Assembly (NCBI GenBank): GCA_943369995.1
Contig: CALRPF020000013.1
Coordinates: forward strand, 36,422 to 100,421
Reading direction: 5' to 3'
Length of the DNA stretch: 64,000 nucleotides
From: Chitinophaga pinensis
Lineage (GTDB): Bacteria > Bacteroidota > Bacteroidia > B-17B0 > Aurantibacillaceae
Under the pieces are notes generated by a model that was given only the letters and a program-made list of their open reading frames with translations, was not told the DNA's origin and searched no databases. The stretch's first letter is position 1. Each line of letters begins with the position of its first letter. A program made the translations under genes and the position numbers. Positions 18,813-27,100 of the stretch are shown here, piece by piece.

Positions 18813-20699
18813 TTAATTTTTTATAGGTCGTTTGATTTTTGCAGCGTCTTTTTTATTATTCTTTGTTATCAGATCACCCTCTAACATTCTTTTTTCAGTT
18901 TCAGGTCTTTCTGTTTTGCCTTTTAAATACTTTTCGATCATTAAAGTAACAATGGGTGCACTCCAGGTATTACCAAAACCGGCATTTTCAACAATACAGG
19001 CAATAGCAATTTTTGGATTATCGCGGGGCGCAAATGCCAAAAAAACAGCGTGATCATCGCCATGAGGATTTTGTGCAGTACCTGTTTTACCGCACACTAC
19101 TATATCTTTTAAACGGTTTGTAAACGCTGTGCCACCGGGCTCTAAGGCGCCCTGCATACCATCAATAACGTTTAAATAAGCGGTTTGGTCTTGTACACCT
19201 ACGTAATGCTTTTGTTTAAAGCGTTTGTCTAATTGTTTATCTATACCAACACCTTTTACGCTGTGAGGTGTGTAATAAAAGCCCCTGTTAGCAATGCTGG
19301 CCACTACATTCGCCATTTGTAGGGGCACCAGCGTTAACTCGGCCTGGCCAATACCTAATGAAACAATTGTATTACTGCGCCAACCGTTCTTTCCAAAAAC
19401 TTTATTATAATATTCAACCGATGGAACGTTGCCGGGTTTATCGTAAGGAAGGTCGGTTCCCAAACGTGTTCCGGGACCAAATGTTTTTACCATTTCACGC
19501 CAATGATTATAACCATCAATAAAATTAGGGTACTTCCGCTGATCTACAATTTCTCTGAAAACATATGCATAATAAGAATTGCAAGATGCTGCCACCGAAC
19601 CAGGTAAATTTTTTCCGCCTCCATGCGCGTGGCATTTTGGTTTACCGCCCATAGGCGGATACCCCATGGCGCAAGGATAAACAGTATTACGATTAATTAA
19701 ACCATCCTGTTGCGCTATTAAAGCATCTATTAACTTAAAGATAGAGCCCGGGGGATACATGGCTGTGAGTGCACGATTAAACAAAGGACGGTTGATACTA
19801 TCGTAATATAGTTTTGTGAAATTTTTAGAACGTTCTTTACCACCAACCAGTAAGTTTGGATCATATGCAGGTCCTGAAACCAAGCATAAGATCTCTCCTG
19901 TAGATGGTTCAATTGCAACAATGGCGCCTTTTTTTCCAGTCATTAATTTTTCGCCATACTCCTGCAAATCACGATCAATACTGCAATACAAAGGTTTACC
20001 CGCAATTGCCAATGTATCATACTTTCCATCCATGTAACGGCCAATTACTTTGTTGTGCACATCTGTAATAGCTATTTGTGTTCCTTTTTTTCCTCGCAAC
20101 GCTTCTTCGTAACTTCTTTCAAGGCCTGTGATACCAATGTAATCACCTTCTTTATAATAGAGATCTTTTTCGGCCTGCTCTTTACTTACCTCACCAACAT
20201 ACCCTAAAAGATGTGCTGCAATTGGCTTTGGGTATTTTCTTACAGTACGTTTCTGAACAAAAAAACCTTTAAAGCGATATGCTTTTTCCTGCAAGGCAGC
20301 GTAAGTTTGCGCCGACATTTGTTTTTCGAAAATACTTTCTTTACGCGGAGAATTGGGCGCCTGGCAAGCGCGTTTCATGCGTTTTAAATATTCTTGCCTG
20401 GTAATTTGTAACACTTCGCAAACACCCATCGTATCACAACCTTTAGTTTCGCGTGGAATGACCATAAGATCATAAGAAGGCGCGTTAAACACTAATAATT
20501 TTCCTTTGCGGTCGTAAATATATCCGCGCACCGGATATTCAGTCATGTAACGAAATGCATTCTTTTCCGCATCTAGTTTATACTGAATATCTATTACCTG
20601 AATGTAGAACAGGCGGCATAAATAAATTATAACCACCAGGCAAAAAAATCCACCTATAATCAATTTTCTATTGCCGAGTTGTTGCGAATTAATACTCAT
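18813..20699 (-). CDS. mrdA: Penicillin-binding protein 2
   Basis: RGYIYDR, RKYP, GITGLE, YPPGSIFK, SCN, GKTGTAQ. Confidence 0.95.
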   Translation of the reverse strand: MSINSQQLGNRKLIIGGFFCLVVIIYLCRLFYIQVIDIQYKLDAEKNAFRYMTEYPVRGYIYDRKGKLLVFNAPSYDLMVIPRETKGCDTMGVCEVLQITRQEYLKRMKRACQAPNSPRKESIFEKQMSAQTYAALQEKAYRFKGFFVQKRTVRKYPKPIAAHLLGYVGEVSKEQAEKDLYYKEGDYIGITGLERSYEEALRGKKGTQIAITDVHNKVIGRYMDGKYDTLAIAGKPLYCSIDRDLQEYGEKLMTGKKGAIVAIEPSTGEILCLVSGPAYDPNLLVGGKERSKNFTKLYYDSINRPLFNRALTAMYPPGSIFKLIDALIAQQDGLINRNTVYPCAMGYPPMGGKPKCHAHGGGKNLPGSVAASCNSYYAYVFREIVDQRKYPNFIDGYNHWREMVKTFGPGTRLGTDLPYDKPGNVPSVEYYNKVFGKNGWRSNTIVSLGIGQAELTLVPLQMANVVASIANRGFYYTPHSVKGVGIDKQLDKRFKQKHYVGVQDQTAYLNVIDGMQGALEPGGTAFTNRLKDIVVCGKTGTAQNPHGDDHAVFLAFAPRDNPKIAIACIVENAGFGNTWSAPIVTLMIEKYLKGKTERPETEKRMLEGDLITKNNKKDAAKIKRPIKN

Positions 20700-21214
20700 G
20701 ACCTTTTACGGTTTGTAAAAAATAAGAACTGGATAAGATAAACCAAACCAAAAGTACCGATGCTGCTTAACACGGCTCTGAAAAAAGTTCTGAAGAATTC
20801 TGAGAAACGAAATACTTCAATAAAGAAAAAATAAAAATGATGAATAACAACTAATGTACCGGCATAACTTAAAAACCAGGCAAGGCCCATATCTGTTACC
20901 GTTGGCTGAACACCAACATCGTAACCATCGCGTGGTGAAATAAATTTTAAAACATAATATCTGCTAAAACCCATTAATGTACAGGCCGATGCATGAAGAC
21001 CAGATGAATCGAAAAAATAATCGATACAAATACCTAAGAAAAAAGAAATAATTAAAACGGTAACACGCGATAATTCAAATGGCAATAAAATAATTACCAA
21101 AACATAGGGCAATAAAATAATGTAACTGGACAGGTTAATGTTTTGAATGATTAACACCTGAACCAATATCAGTAATATAAAGCGGAAAATATTTTTAGCT
21201 ATCTCAGTCGTCAA
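20696..21214 (-). CDS. mreD: Rod shape-determining protein MreD
   Basis: 172-aa hydrophobic protein between mreC and mrdA; ATGA overlap with mrdA. Confidence 0.88.
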   Translation of the reverse strand: MTTEIAKNIFRFILLILVQVLIIQNINLSSYIILLPYVLVIILLPFELSRVTVLIISFFLGICIDYFFDSSGLHASACTLMGFSRYYVLKFISPRDGYDVGVQPTVTDMGLAWFLSYAGTLVVIHHFYFFFIEVFRFSEFFRTFFRAVLSSIGTFGLVYLIQFLFFTNRKRS

Positions 21215-22043
21215 CTTGTTTTTGTGCTAGGTTTTCTAATGAATCTCTTTCGGTTTTAAATTTATTCTTGATCACGTAAACGTGATTTACTTTTTTAAGA
21301 TCGGCGCTTAACTTTACTCTTACGGTATAAAAACTTTCGTTCTGCCTGCGCTCAAAGCTTTCTACAAAACCAACCATGATGCCTTCGGGAAAAATACCTG
21401 AGAGCTCGCTGGTAATTACCGTATCACCGGCTTTAACTTTAGCATGTGTTGGAATATCTGTAAGCAAACAATAACGATAATCTTTTCCATCCCAAATTAA
21501 AGGACCATAACTTCCATCTTTTTTTAACTGACAATTTACCCGAATATCTTTATGCAAAATACTCATTGCACTTGCAAAGTTGGTAGACGCGTTTGTAACA
21601 ATACCAACTATACCTTCGCTGCTCATCACTGCCATGTCTTGCCCAATACCTTGGTTAGCGCCAACGTTAAGCGTTAAAAAATTACGGCGTTTATTTACTG
21701 ATGAGTTAACTACTTTTGCGCTCATAAAAGAATACTGTTGTTTATACAATGTATCGTTCTTTTTAAATTCCCGTAAAGGCAAAATAGAATAATTTGATTT
21801 TAAAAAATTTCTTAATACTGAATTTTCTAAAGCGAGTTTATCGTTCTCTTGTTTTAAGGCAAAATAATCTTTTGTATTTGCAGCCGCAGTATAAATGCCA
21901 GCTACAACCTGGTTAGATGAATTTAAAACCTGCGAACCCTGGTAGCCATTATCCTGCACCATAAACCAAACACTTATCATTTGCAGAAACAAAAAAATAA
22001 ATATAAAATGGTGTTTTACTACAAAGGCAAGTAAGTTTCTCAC
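21204..22043 (-). CDS. mreC: Rod shape-determining protein MreC
   Basis: N-terminal TM, coiled coil, AKVVNSS, GIVG, GDTVITS, FPEGI. Confidence 0.93.
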   Translation of the reverse strand: MRNLLAFVVKHHFIFIFLFLQMISVWFMVQDNGYQGSQVLNSSNQVVAGIYTAAANTKDYFALKQENDKLALENSVLRNFLKSNYSILPLREFKKNDTLYKQQYSFMSAKVVNSSVNKRRNFLTLNVGANQGIGQDMAVMSSEGIVGIVTNASTNFASAMSILHKDIRVNCQLKKDGSYGPLIWDGKDYRYCLLTDIPTHAKVKAGDTVITSELSGIFPEGIMVGFVESFERRQNESFYTVRVKLSADLKKVNHVYVIKNKFKTERDSLENLAQKQVDD

Positions 22044-22108
22044 GTGTTAAATTATTAGCGAGTGAAACAAATGTGTCACTATATAAAGCTACGATGCGCT
22101 TATGCTGT

Positions 22109-23131
22109 TTACTTGATTAAGAACGGGAATTTATGAACATTTTTAAGTGCAATTCCGGTACCACGCGCAACAGCGCGAAGAGGATCTTCGCAAACGTGAA
22201 CCGGTAATTTTGTTTTCATGGAGATACGCTTATCCAAACCTCTCAATAATGAACCACCACCGGCCATAAAAATTCCTTTACGGTAAATATCTGCAGCTAA
22301 CTCTGGAGGCGTCATCTCCAATGCGTTTAAGATCGCTTCTTCAATTTTAGAAATTGATTTATCTAAACAATGTGCTATCTCAACATAACTGATATAAACT
22401 TCTTTAGGAATACCGCTCATTAAGTCGCGCCCTTGTACAGCAAAGTCTGCGGGAGGATTATCGATCTCAGTCATAGCGGCGCCCACTTCAATTTTTACTC
22501 TTTCTGCACTACGCTCACCAATTAAAATATTGTGCTGACGACGCATATACTCTTCAATATTCGCGTTAAAATCGTCACCCGCAATACGTGTTGATTTATC
22601 ACACACAATGCCACCTAATGCAATTACGGCAATTTCGGAAGTACCACCACCAATATCAATAATCATATTTCCCATTGGCTCTTCCACATCAATACCCATA
22701 CCAATAGCTGCGGCCATGGGTTCGTGGATCATGTATACTTCTTTTGCACCTGCATGTTCTGCACTATCTCGAACCGCACGTTTCTCTACCTCTGTAATAC
22801 CACTGGGAATGCAGATTACCATACGCAATGATGGCTTAAAAAAACGATTTCCAGGATTGATCATTTTAATCATTCCTTTAATCATTTCTTCTGCAGCCTG
22901 GAAATCGGCAATAACTCCATCCTTTAAGGGGCGGATTGTTTTTATGTTCTCATGTGTTTTACCATGCATCATTTGTGCCTGGCGTCCTACAGCTATTACT
23001 CTGCCCGTAGTTCTGTCAACCGCAACTATACTGGGTTCATCAACTACAACTTTATCGTTATGAATAATAATTGTATTTGCAGTTCCTAAGTCAATTGCAA
23101 TATCCTGGGTTAAAAAGTCAAATAAAGCCAT
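22109..23131 (-). CDS. mreB: Actin-like protein MreB
   Basis: IDLGTAN, IRPLKDGVIAD, EPMAAAIG, DIGGGTSE, AGGGSLL. Confidence 0.98.
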   Translation of the reverse strand: MALFDFLTQDIAIDLGTANTIIIHNDKVVVDEPSIVAVDRTTGRVIAVGRQAQMMHGKTHENIKTIRPLKDGVIADFQAAEEMIKGMIKMINPGNRFFKPSLRMVICIPSGITEVEKRAVRDSAEHAGAKEVYMIHEPMAAAIGMGIDVEEPMGNMIIDIGGGTSEIAVIALGGIVCDKSTRIAGDDFNANIEEYMRRQHNILIGERSAERVKIEVGAAMTEIDNPPADFAVQGRDLMSGIPKEVYISYVEIAHCLDKSISKIEEAILNALEMTPPELAADIYRKGIFMAGGGSLLRGLDKRISMKTKLPVHVCEDPLRAVARGTGIALKNVHKFPFLIK

Positions 23132-23241
23132 ATAAAAAATAAAGAATAAGTTGTAAAGTTATAAAATAAGAAAGGCAGTTGCTAATGGAAAAACGGCCTT
23201 TTCAAGAAAGATTTAAAGAAGAAGTTAACAAGTAAATAAAA

Positions 23242-23305
23242 GGTAAAATGTAAAAGGGAATATGGAATATGTACCCGTTTTCCATCTTACATTTTCCATC
23301 TTACA
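23242..23305. repeat. Heptamer-period imperfect inverted repeat 3' of speA
   Basis: ggtaaaa tgtaaaa gggaata tggaata ... ttttcca tcttaca ttttcca tcttaca; exact tandem 14-mer TTTTCCATCTTACA x2; the arms are complementary. Confidence 0.7.
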
Positions 23306-23310
23306 TAAAA

Positions 23311-24708
23311 TTAGTAACCAAGAATCTTAAGCATGCTCTTATAACTTTGCTCTTTTGCAAAAAGGCGTGTTGTAATTTCTCCGTCTTTGTCCCTATCAAT
23401 CAAAACATGTTTTGGCGCAGGAATTAAACAATGTTGCGTGCCACCATAACCACTCAATGCTTCCTGGTAAGCCCCGGTATGAAAGAATCCTATGTACTGT
23501 GGCTCTTTTTGATTTTTTTCAATTAAAGGAAGAAAAACCTGATTGGTATGCGCCTCTGTATTATAATAATCCATGCTATCGCAGGTCATGCCTCCTAAGT
23601 TCACAGGCCCATAAGGTTTATCCCAATTATTAATGGCCAATAAAATAAAACGTTGATTGATACCCCATGTATCGGGCAGGGTTGTAATAAAACTGCTGTC
23701 AATAAAATACCAGGTTTCGCGATCGTTTTGTTGCTTCTGATCTACCACTGAATACAAGGTTGCACCGCTTTCACCGACTGTATAAGAACCAAATTCTGTA
23801 AAAATATTTGGTTCAGGAATATCGTTTTGCTTACAAAATGCTTTTATCTGTTCAACAATTTCTTCAATCATGTATTCGTAATCGTATTCAAAACTTAATG
23901 AAGTGCGAATTGGCATGCCACCACCAATATTGAGTGAATCCAACGTTGGGCAGACCTCACGAAGATCTTTATAGATCTGTAAACATTTATTCAACTCCGT
24001 CCAATAGTAAATAGTGTCTTTAATACCTGTATTAATAAAAAAGTGCAATAGCTTTAAGCTGAATTTTGGATTGGGTTTAATCTTCTCGTTATAAAGGTTC
24101 ATGATCTCACTGCTGCGTATACCAAGGCGTGAGGTATAAAATGTAAAAGAAGGTTCTTCTTCTGTACTAATTCTTATTCCAAGATTTAAATTATCTGCTT
24201 TGCTATATTTTTTGTAATAATCAATCTCATCCAAATGATCTAAAACCGGGATAACATTAAAACCATCATTTATTAACTCAACAATATTTTGTTTGTAGTT
24301 TTGGCGTTTATATCCGTTACAAATAATATATGTATCTTTGTTCAAAGCTTTTTTTTGAAATTGCTCTTTGATAATGTTTAGATCGAATGCCGATGAAGTC
24401 TCAATATGAACATCATTTTTGAGCACCTCATCCAGCACAAAGCTAAAATGAGAGCTTTTTGTGCAATAACAATACACGTATTTGCCCTTGTAATCTACCT
24501 TTGCCATAGCCACGTTAAACAAACGTTTGGCTTTTTGAATCTGGGAACTTATTTTAGGTAAATAACTGATCCTCAAAGGTGTGCCGTACTGCTTAATAAT
24601 ATCCATTAAAGGAATATCATTAAAATAAAGTTCGTCGTCTACCACATCAAAACCTTCCTGAGGGAAGTTAAATGTTTGGTTTATCAGGGTTGTGTATTTA
24701 TTATTCAT
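23311..24708 (-). CDS. speA: Arginine decarboxylase (short Bacteroidota-type, fold III PLP enzyme)
   Basis: YCTKS PLP lysine, SRLG, LNIGGG, FTEFG, CDSMDYY, GAYQEAL. Confidence 0.85.
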   Translation of the reverse strand: MNNKYTTLINQTFNFPQEGFDVVDDELYFNDIPLMDIIKQYGTPLRISYLPKISSQIQKAKRLFNVAMAKVDYKGKYVYCYCTKSSHFSFVLDEVLKNDVHIETSSAFDLNIIKEQFQKKALNKDTYIICNGYKRQNYKQNIVELINDGFNVIPVLDHLDEIDYYKKYSKADNLNLGIRISTEEEPSFTFYTSRLGIRSSEIMNLYNEKIKPNPKFSLKLLHFFINTGIKDTIYYWTELNKCLQIYKDLREVCPTLDSLNIGGGMPIRTSLSFEYDYEYMIEEIVEQIKAFCKQNDIPEPNIFTEFGSYTVGESGATLYSVVDQKQQNDRETWYFIDSSFITTLPDTWGINQRFILLAINNWDKPYGPVNLGGMTCDSMDYYNTEAHTNQVFLPLIEKNQKEPQYIGFFHTGAYQEALSGYGGTQHCLIPAPKHVLIDRDKDGEITTRLFAKEQSYKSMLKILGY

Positions 24709-24712
24709 TTTA

Positions 24713-24763
24713 ATGTAAGTTAGTTACTTATGCTAAACGTTTACCAAAGTAAGTTGTTTACTT
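24713..24763. promoter_or_regulatory. Two quasi-palindromic AAGTAA-N5-TTACTT sites in the speA/arginase divergent region
   Basis: 24713-24729 ATGTAAgttagTTACTT and 24747-24763 AAGTAAgttgtTTACTT. Confidence 0.5.
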
Positions 24764-24805
24764 CACACAAAAATAAAGCTTATTATTAATAAAAAGTTAA
24801 ATTTT

Positions 24806-25759
24806 ATGATAAAACCCATCAAAATTATTGAAGTTAAGAGTGAAATTGGTGCCGGAACACGTGGTTCGAGCATGGGTGTTGATGCTATTAAGATAGCCGC
24901 TTTAGACTTTGGTAGTGCCTTTTTTAAGCGTTACAAGTCTGTAGAAATACCTAATGAAAATAATTTATTGTTAGAGCCCGTTGTGCATGACTATGCTAAG
25001 CGTATTAAAGGTGTGTATAGCTTGAATGAGCGAATTGCCAAAGAAATTCAGAAAACATTGAAGGCCGATCAGGTGCCAATTGTATTAGCTGGCGATCATA
25101 GCTCAGCTTTAGGAACCATAAGCGGGATACGTATGGCGTACCCAGACAAGAAGCTTGGGGTGATATGGATAGATGCTCACGCTGATCTTCACAGTCCTTA
25201 CACTACACCAAGTGGCAACATGCATGGAATGCCGCTTTGCTGTGTTTTGAACGAAGATAATCGCGACAGGCAACAAAATAAGCCCGACGATGAAACGGTT
25301 GAATATTGGGAAAAATTGAAAAATTTGGGTGGTATTTGCCCTAAAATTAATTATTCAGACCTCGTTTATATTGCTTTGCGTGATTTTGAACCACCTGAAG
25401 ATTACTTAATTAAGAAGAATAAAGTACGTGTTTTTCATTTGCAGGAGATTCGTAAAAAAGCTGTTGAACGTGTTGCTATTGAGTCTTTAAATTACCTGGA
25501 TCATTGCGACATTATATACGTAAGCTTTGATGTGGACAGCATGGATTCACGTATTTCGAGCGGCACAGGTACGCCGGTTCCAAACGGTATTACTGAAAAA
25601 GAAGCAGGAAATCTTATTTATTATATCATGAGAAGCAAAAAAATCGTTTGTTTTGAAATGGTGGAAATAAACCCAACATTAGATAAAGAAAACTTAATGG
25701 CAGAGAATGCTTTTGAGATTCTGCAAAAAACAACAAACCAATTGAGTAACGATTTTTAA
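24806..25759 (+). CDS. rocF: Arginase
   Basis: AGDHS, WIDAHAD, SGNMHGMP, SFDVD, GTGTP, EINP. Confidence 0.88.
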   Translation: MIKPIKIIEVKSEIGAGTRGSSMGVDAIKIAALDFGSAFFKRYKSVEIPNENNLLLEPVVHDYAKRIKGVYSLNERIAKEIQKTLKADQVPIVLAGDHSSALGTISGIRMAYPDKKLGVIWIDAHADLHSPYTTPSGNMHGMPLCCVLNEDNRDRQQNKPDDETVEYWEKLKNLGGICPKINYSDLVYIALRDFEPPEDYLIKKNKVRVFHLQEIRKKAVERVAIESLNYLDHCDIIYVSFDVDSMDSRISSGTGTPVPNGITEKEAGNLIYYIMRSKKIVCFEMVEINPTLDKENLMAENAFEILQKTTNQLSNDF

Positions 25760-27057
25760 TCAATAACAATTTTCTTTACAAGGCTTGTATTAGTTTGCGA
25801 GGTAATCGTTAAAAAATACAAGCCTTTTTGCACTTGAGAAATATCCAACTTGCCATTTACTAATTTCACATCAAATATCTGCCCCAGACAATTTGTTAAA
25901 GTAACAGACTTTAAAGCGACATCTGATCTAACAAAGATCATATCCTTGGCAGGATTTGGATAGATAGAAACTTCTGACGCAGGATCTATTTCTTGAATTG
26001 AATTACTATTGCAATTAAGTTTATTTATATAATCCCACAAAGTATTGTCAAAAGTAGACAACGCAAAGGTAGCTCCATCGGCAGATTCTCCTTGCCTTAT
26101 AACAACCATATTGGTACTCGGCACAACATAAATTTTCTGGTCATTCTTTCCCAATGCAGCAAACATGTCTCCAGGGCAATTTGAGATTAATGGTCCACTT
26201 AAAACAAGCTGAGGGCCAGGATTCATAAATGTTGGCTTTCCATTTAACCACCAGAGGTAACCATATGATAAGTTAAAATTCTGCGACGTGTTGGTCATTG
26301 CTTTAAAGTAAAGTGAGTCTTTCATAATAGTATCTGTTTTCCAAATTCCTTTATTTAAGTTCAACAAGCCGAAACGTGCCATATCTCTGGCTTTACTATA
26401 ATAGATTTTTTGCAACCAAAAACCGCTCATCCCGGTTTGCGCTTCAATCCAGTTATTGGTAACCAAATTATAACTCATTCCCGCAGGCATACTTATTACC
26501 TGGTATAGTTTTTCATAGACGCCCGTGTGGTAGGCCCACCTGGTACCCGCATCTACTTTATATAATAAACATGCTTTCGCTGTGTCATCCGAGGTGCAGG
26601 GTTGAGGGGGTGTCTCGTCCACTCCACTTGTCATCTGCAATAAATTTTCTACAGTGATCAAATTTTCTTTCACAAGAGGTTCGCTCGTCCAGCCAGTGCC
26701 AATATACTGCGAAACTTTATTATTAATATTAATAAAGCCTTTTTGCTGAGCCACACCTGCTAAAAAACCAGTCAAACTTTTACTTGCCGAGGCCCAATAA
26801 TGAATAGAATCAACAGTATATGTACCGAAATATTTTTCTAAAACAATTTTACCATTTTTAAGTATAATAAATGATTTGGTATTTTTTACTTGAAGGTAAT
26901 TGTATAATGAATCTATGCGTGCCTGACACCAGTTAAGGCTTTGAGGAGAAATTGTATCCCATGTTGAACCTGTAGTTGGAGGAAAATAAAGTGTTTGAGA
27001 TTTAAATGTAGAAAAGCAAAGTAGTGCTAACGAGAAAACGAAATAAAATTTTTTCAT
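25756..27057 (-). CDS. T9SS-secreted serine hydrolase (beta-lactamase/class C-like fold), copy A
   Basis: Signal peptide; SASK (SxxK), Y-H-T, YGYLWW, ALG; type A CTD IYPNPA...GLYFL...KKIVI. Confidence 0.88.
   Translation of the reverse strand: MKKFYFVFSLALLCFSTFKSQTLYFPPTTGSTWDTISPQSLNWCQARIDSLYNYLQVKNTKSFIILKNGKIVLEKYFGTYTVDSIHYWASASKSLTGFLAGVAQQKGFININNKVSQYIGTGWTSEPLVKENLITVENLLQMTSGVDETPPQPCTSDDTAKACLLYKVDAGTRWAYHTGVYEKLYQVISMPAGMSYNLVTNNWIEAQTGMSGFWLQKIYYSKARDMARFGLLNLNKGIWKTDTIMKDSLYFKAMTNTSQNFNLSYGYLWWLNGKPTFMNPGPQLVLSGPLISNCPGDMFAALGKNDQKIYVVPSTNMVVIRQGESADGATFALSTFDNTLWDYINKLNCNSNSIQEIDPASEVSIYPNPAKDMIFVRSDVALKSVTLTNCLGQIFDVKLVNGKLDISQVQKGLYFLTITSQTNTSLVKKIVID
25780..25830 (+). terminator. 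Arginase terminator-like hairpin embedded in the antisense coding sequence of hydrolase A
   Basis: AAGGCTTGTATT (25780-25791) and AATACAAGCCTT (25816-25827) form a perfect 12-bp stem whose 3' end runs into a T5 tract; starts 21 nt after the arginase stop. Confidence 0.55.
25802..25845. repeat. 44-nt exact repeat, copy 1 (copy 2 at 27153-27196)
   Basis: GTAATCGTTAAAAAATACAAGCCTTTTTGCACTTGAGAAATATC is identical in both hydrolase CTD regions. Confidence 0.9.
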
Positions 27058-27100
27058 ATCAAATAATATTTCTATTTGGACTAATTAAATGCACAAAGGT

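Noticed and set aside
22608-23063. 151-aa plus-strand ORF opposite mreB, and the many other 60-135 aa ORFs nested in or antisense to long genes
   Set aside because: They are shadows of well-supported genes, have no recognisable motifs and show the composition typical of antisense frames
23132-23310. 24-codon minus-strand ORF (MENVRWKTG...) upstream of mreB
   Set aside because: It arises from the heptamer repeat; no supporting coding features
24693-24708. ArgR-box-like TGTAT-N5-ATTCA at the speA start
   Set aside because: Spacer is 5 rather than 4 nt, and the site is explained by the codons for MNNKYT
24806-25759. Agmatinase (speB) call because it neighbours speA
   Set aside because: SGNMHGMP and the EINP region are arginase-type signatures
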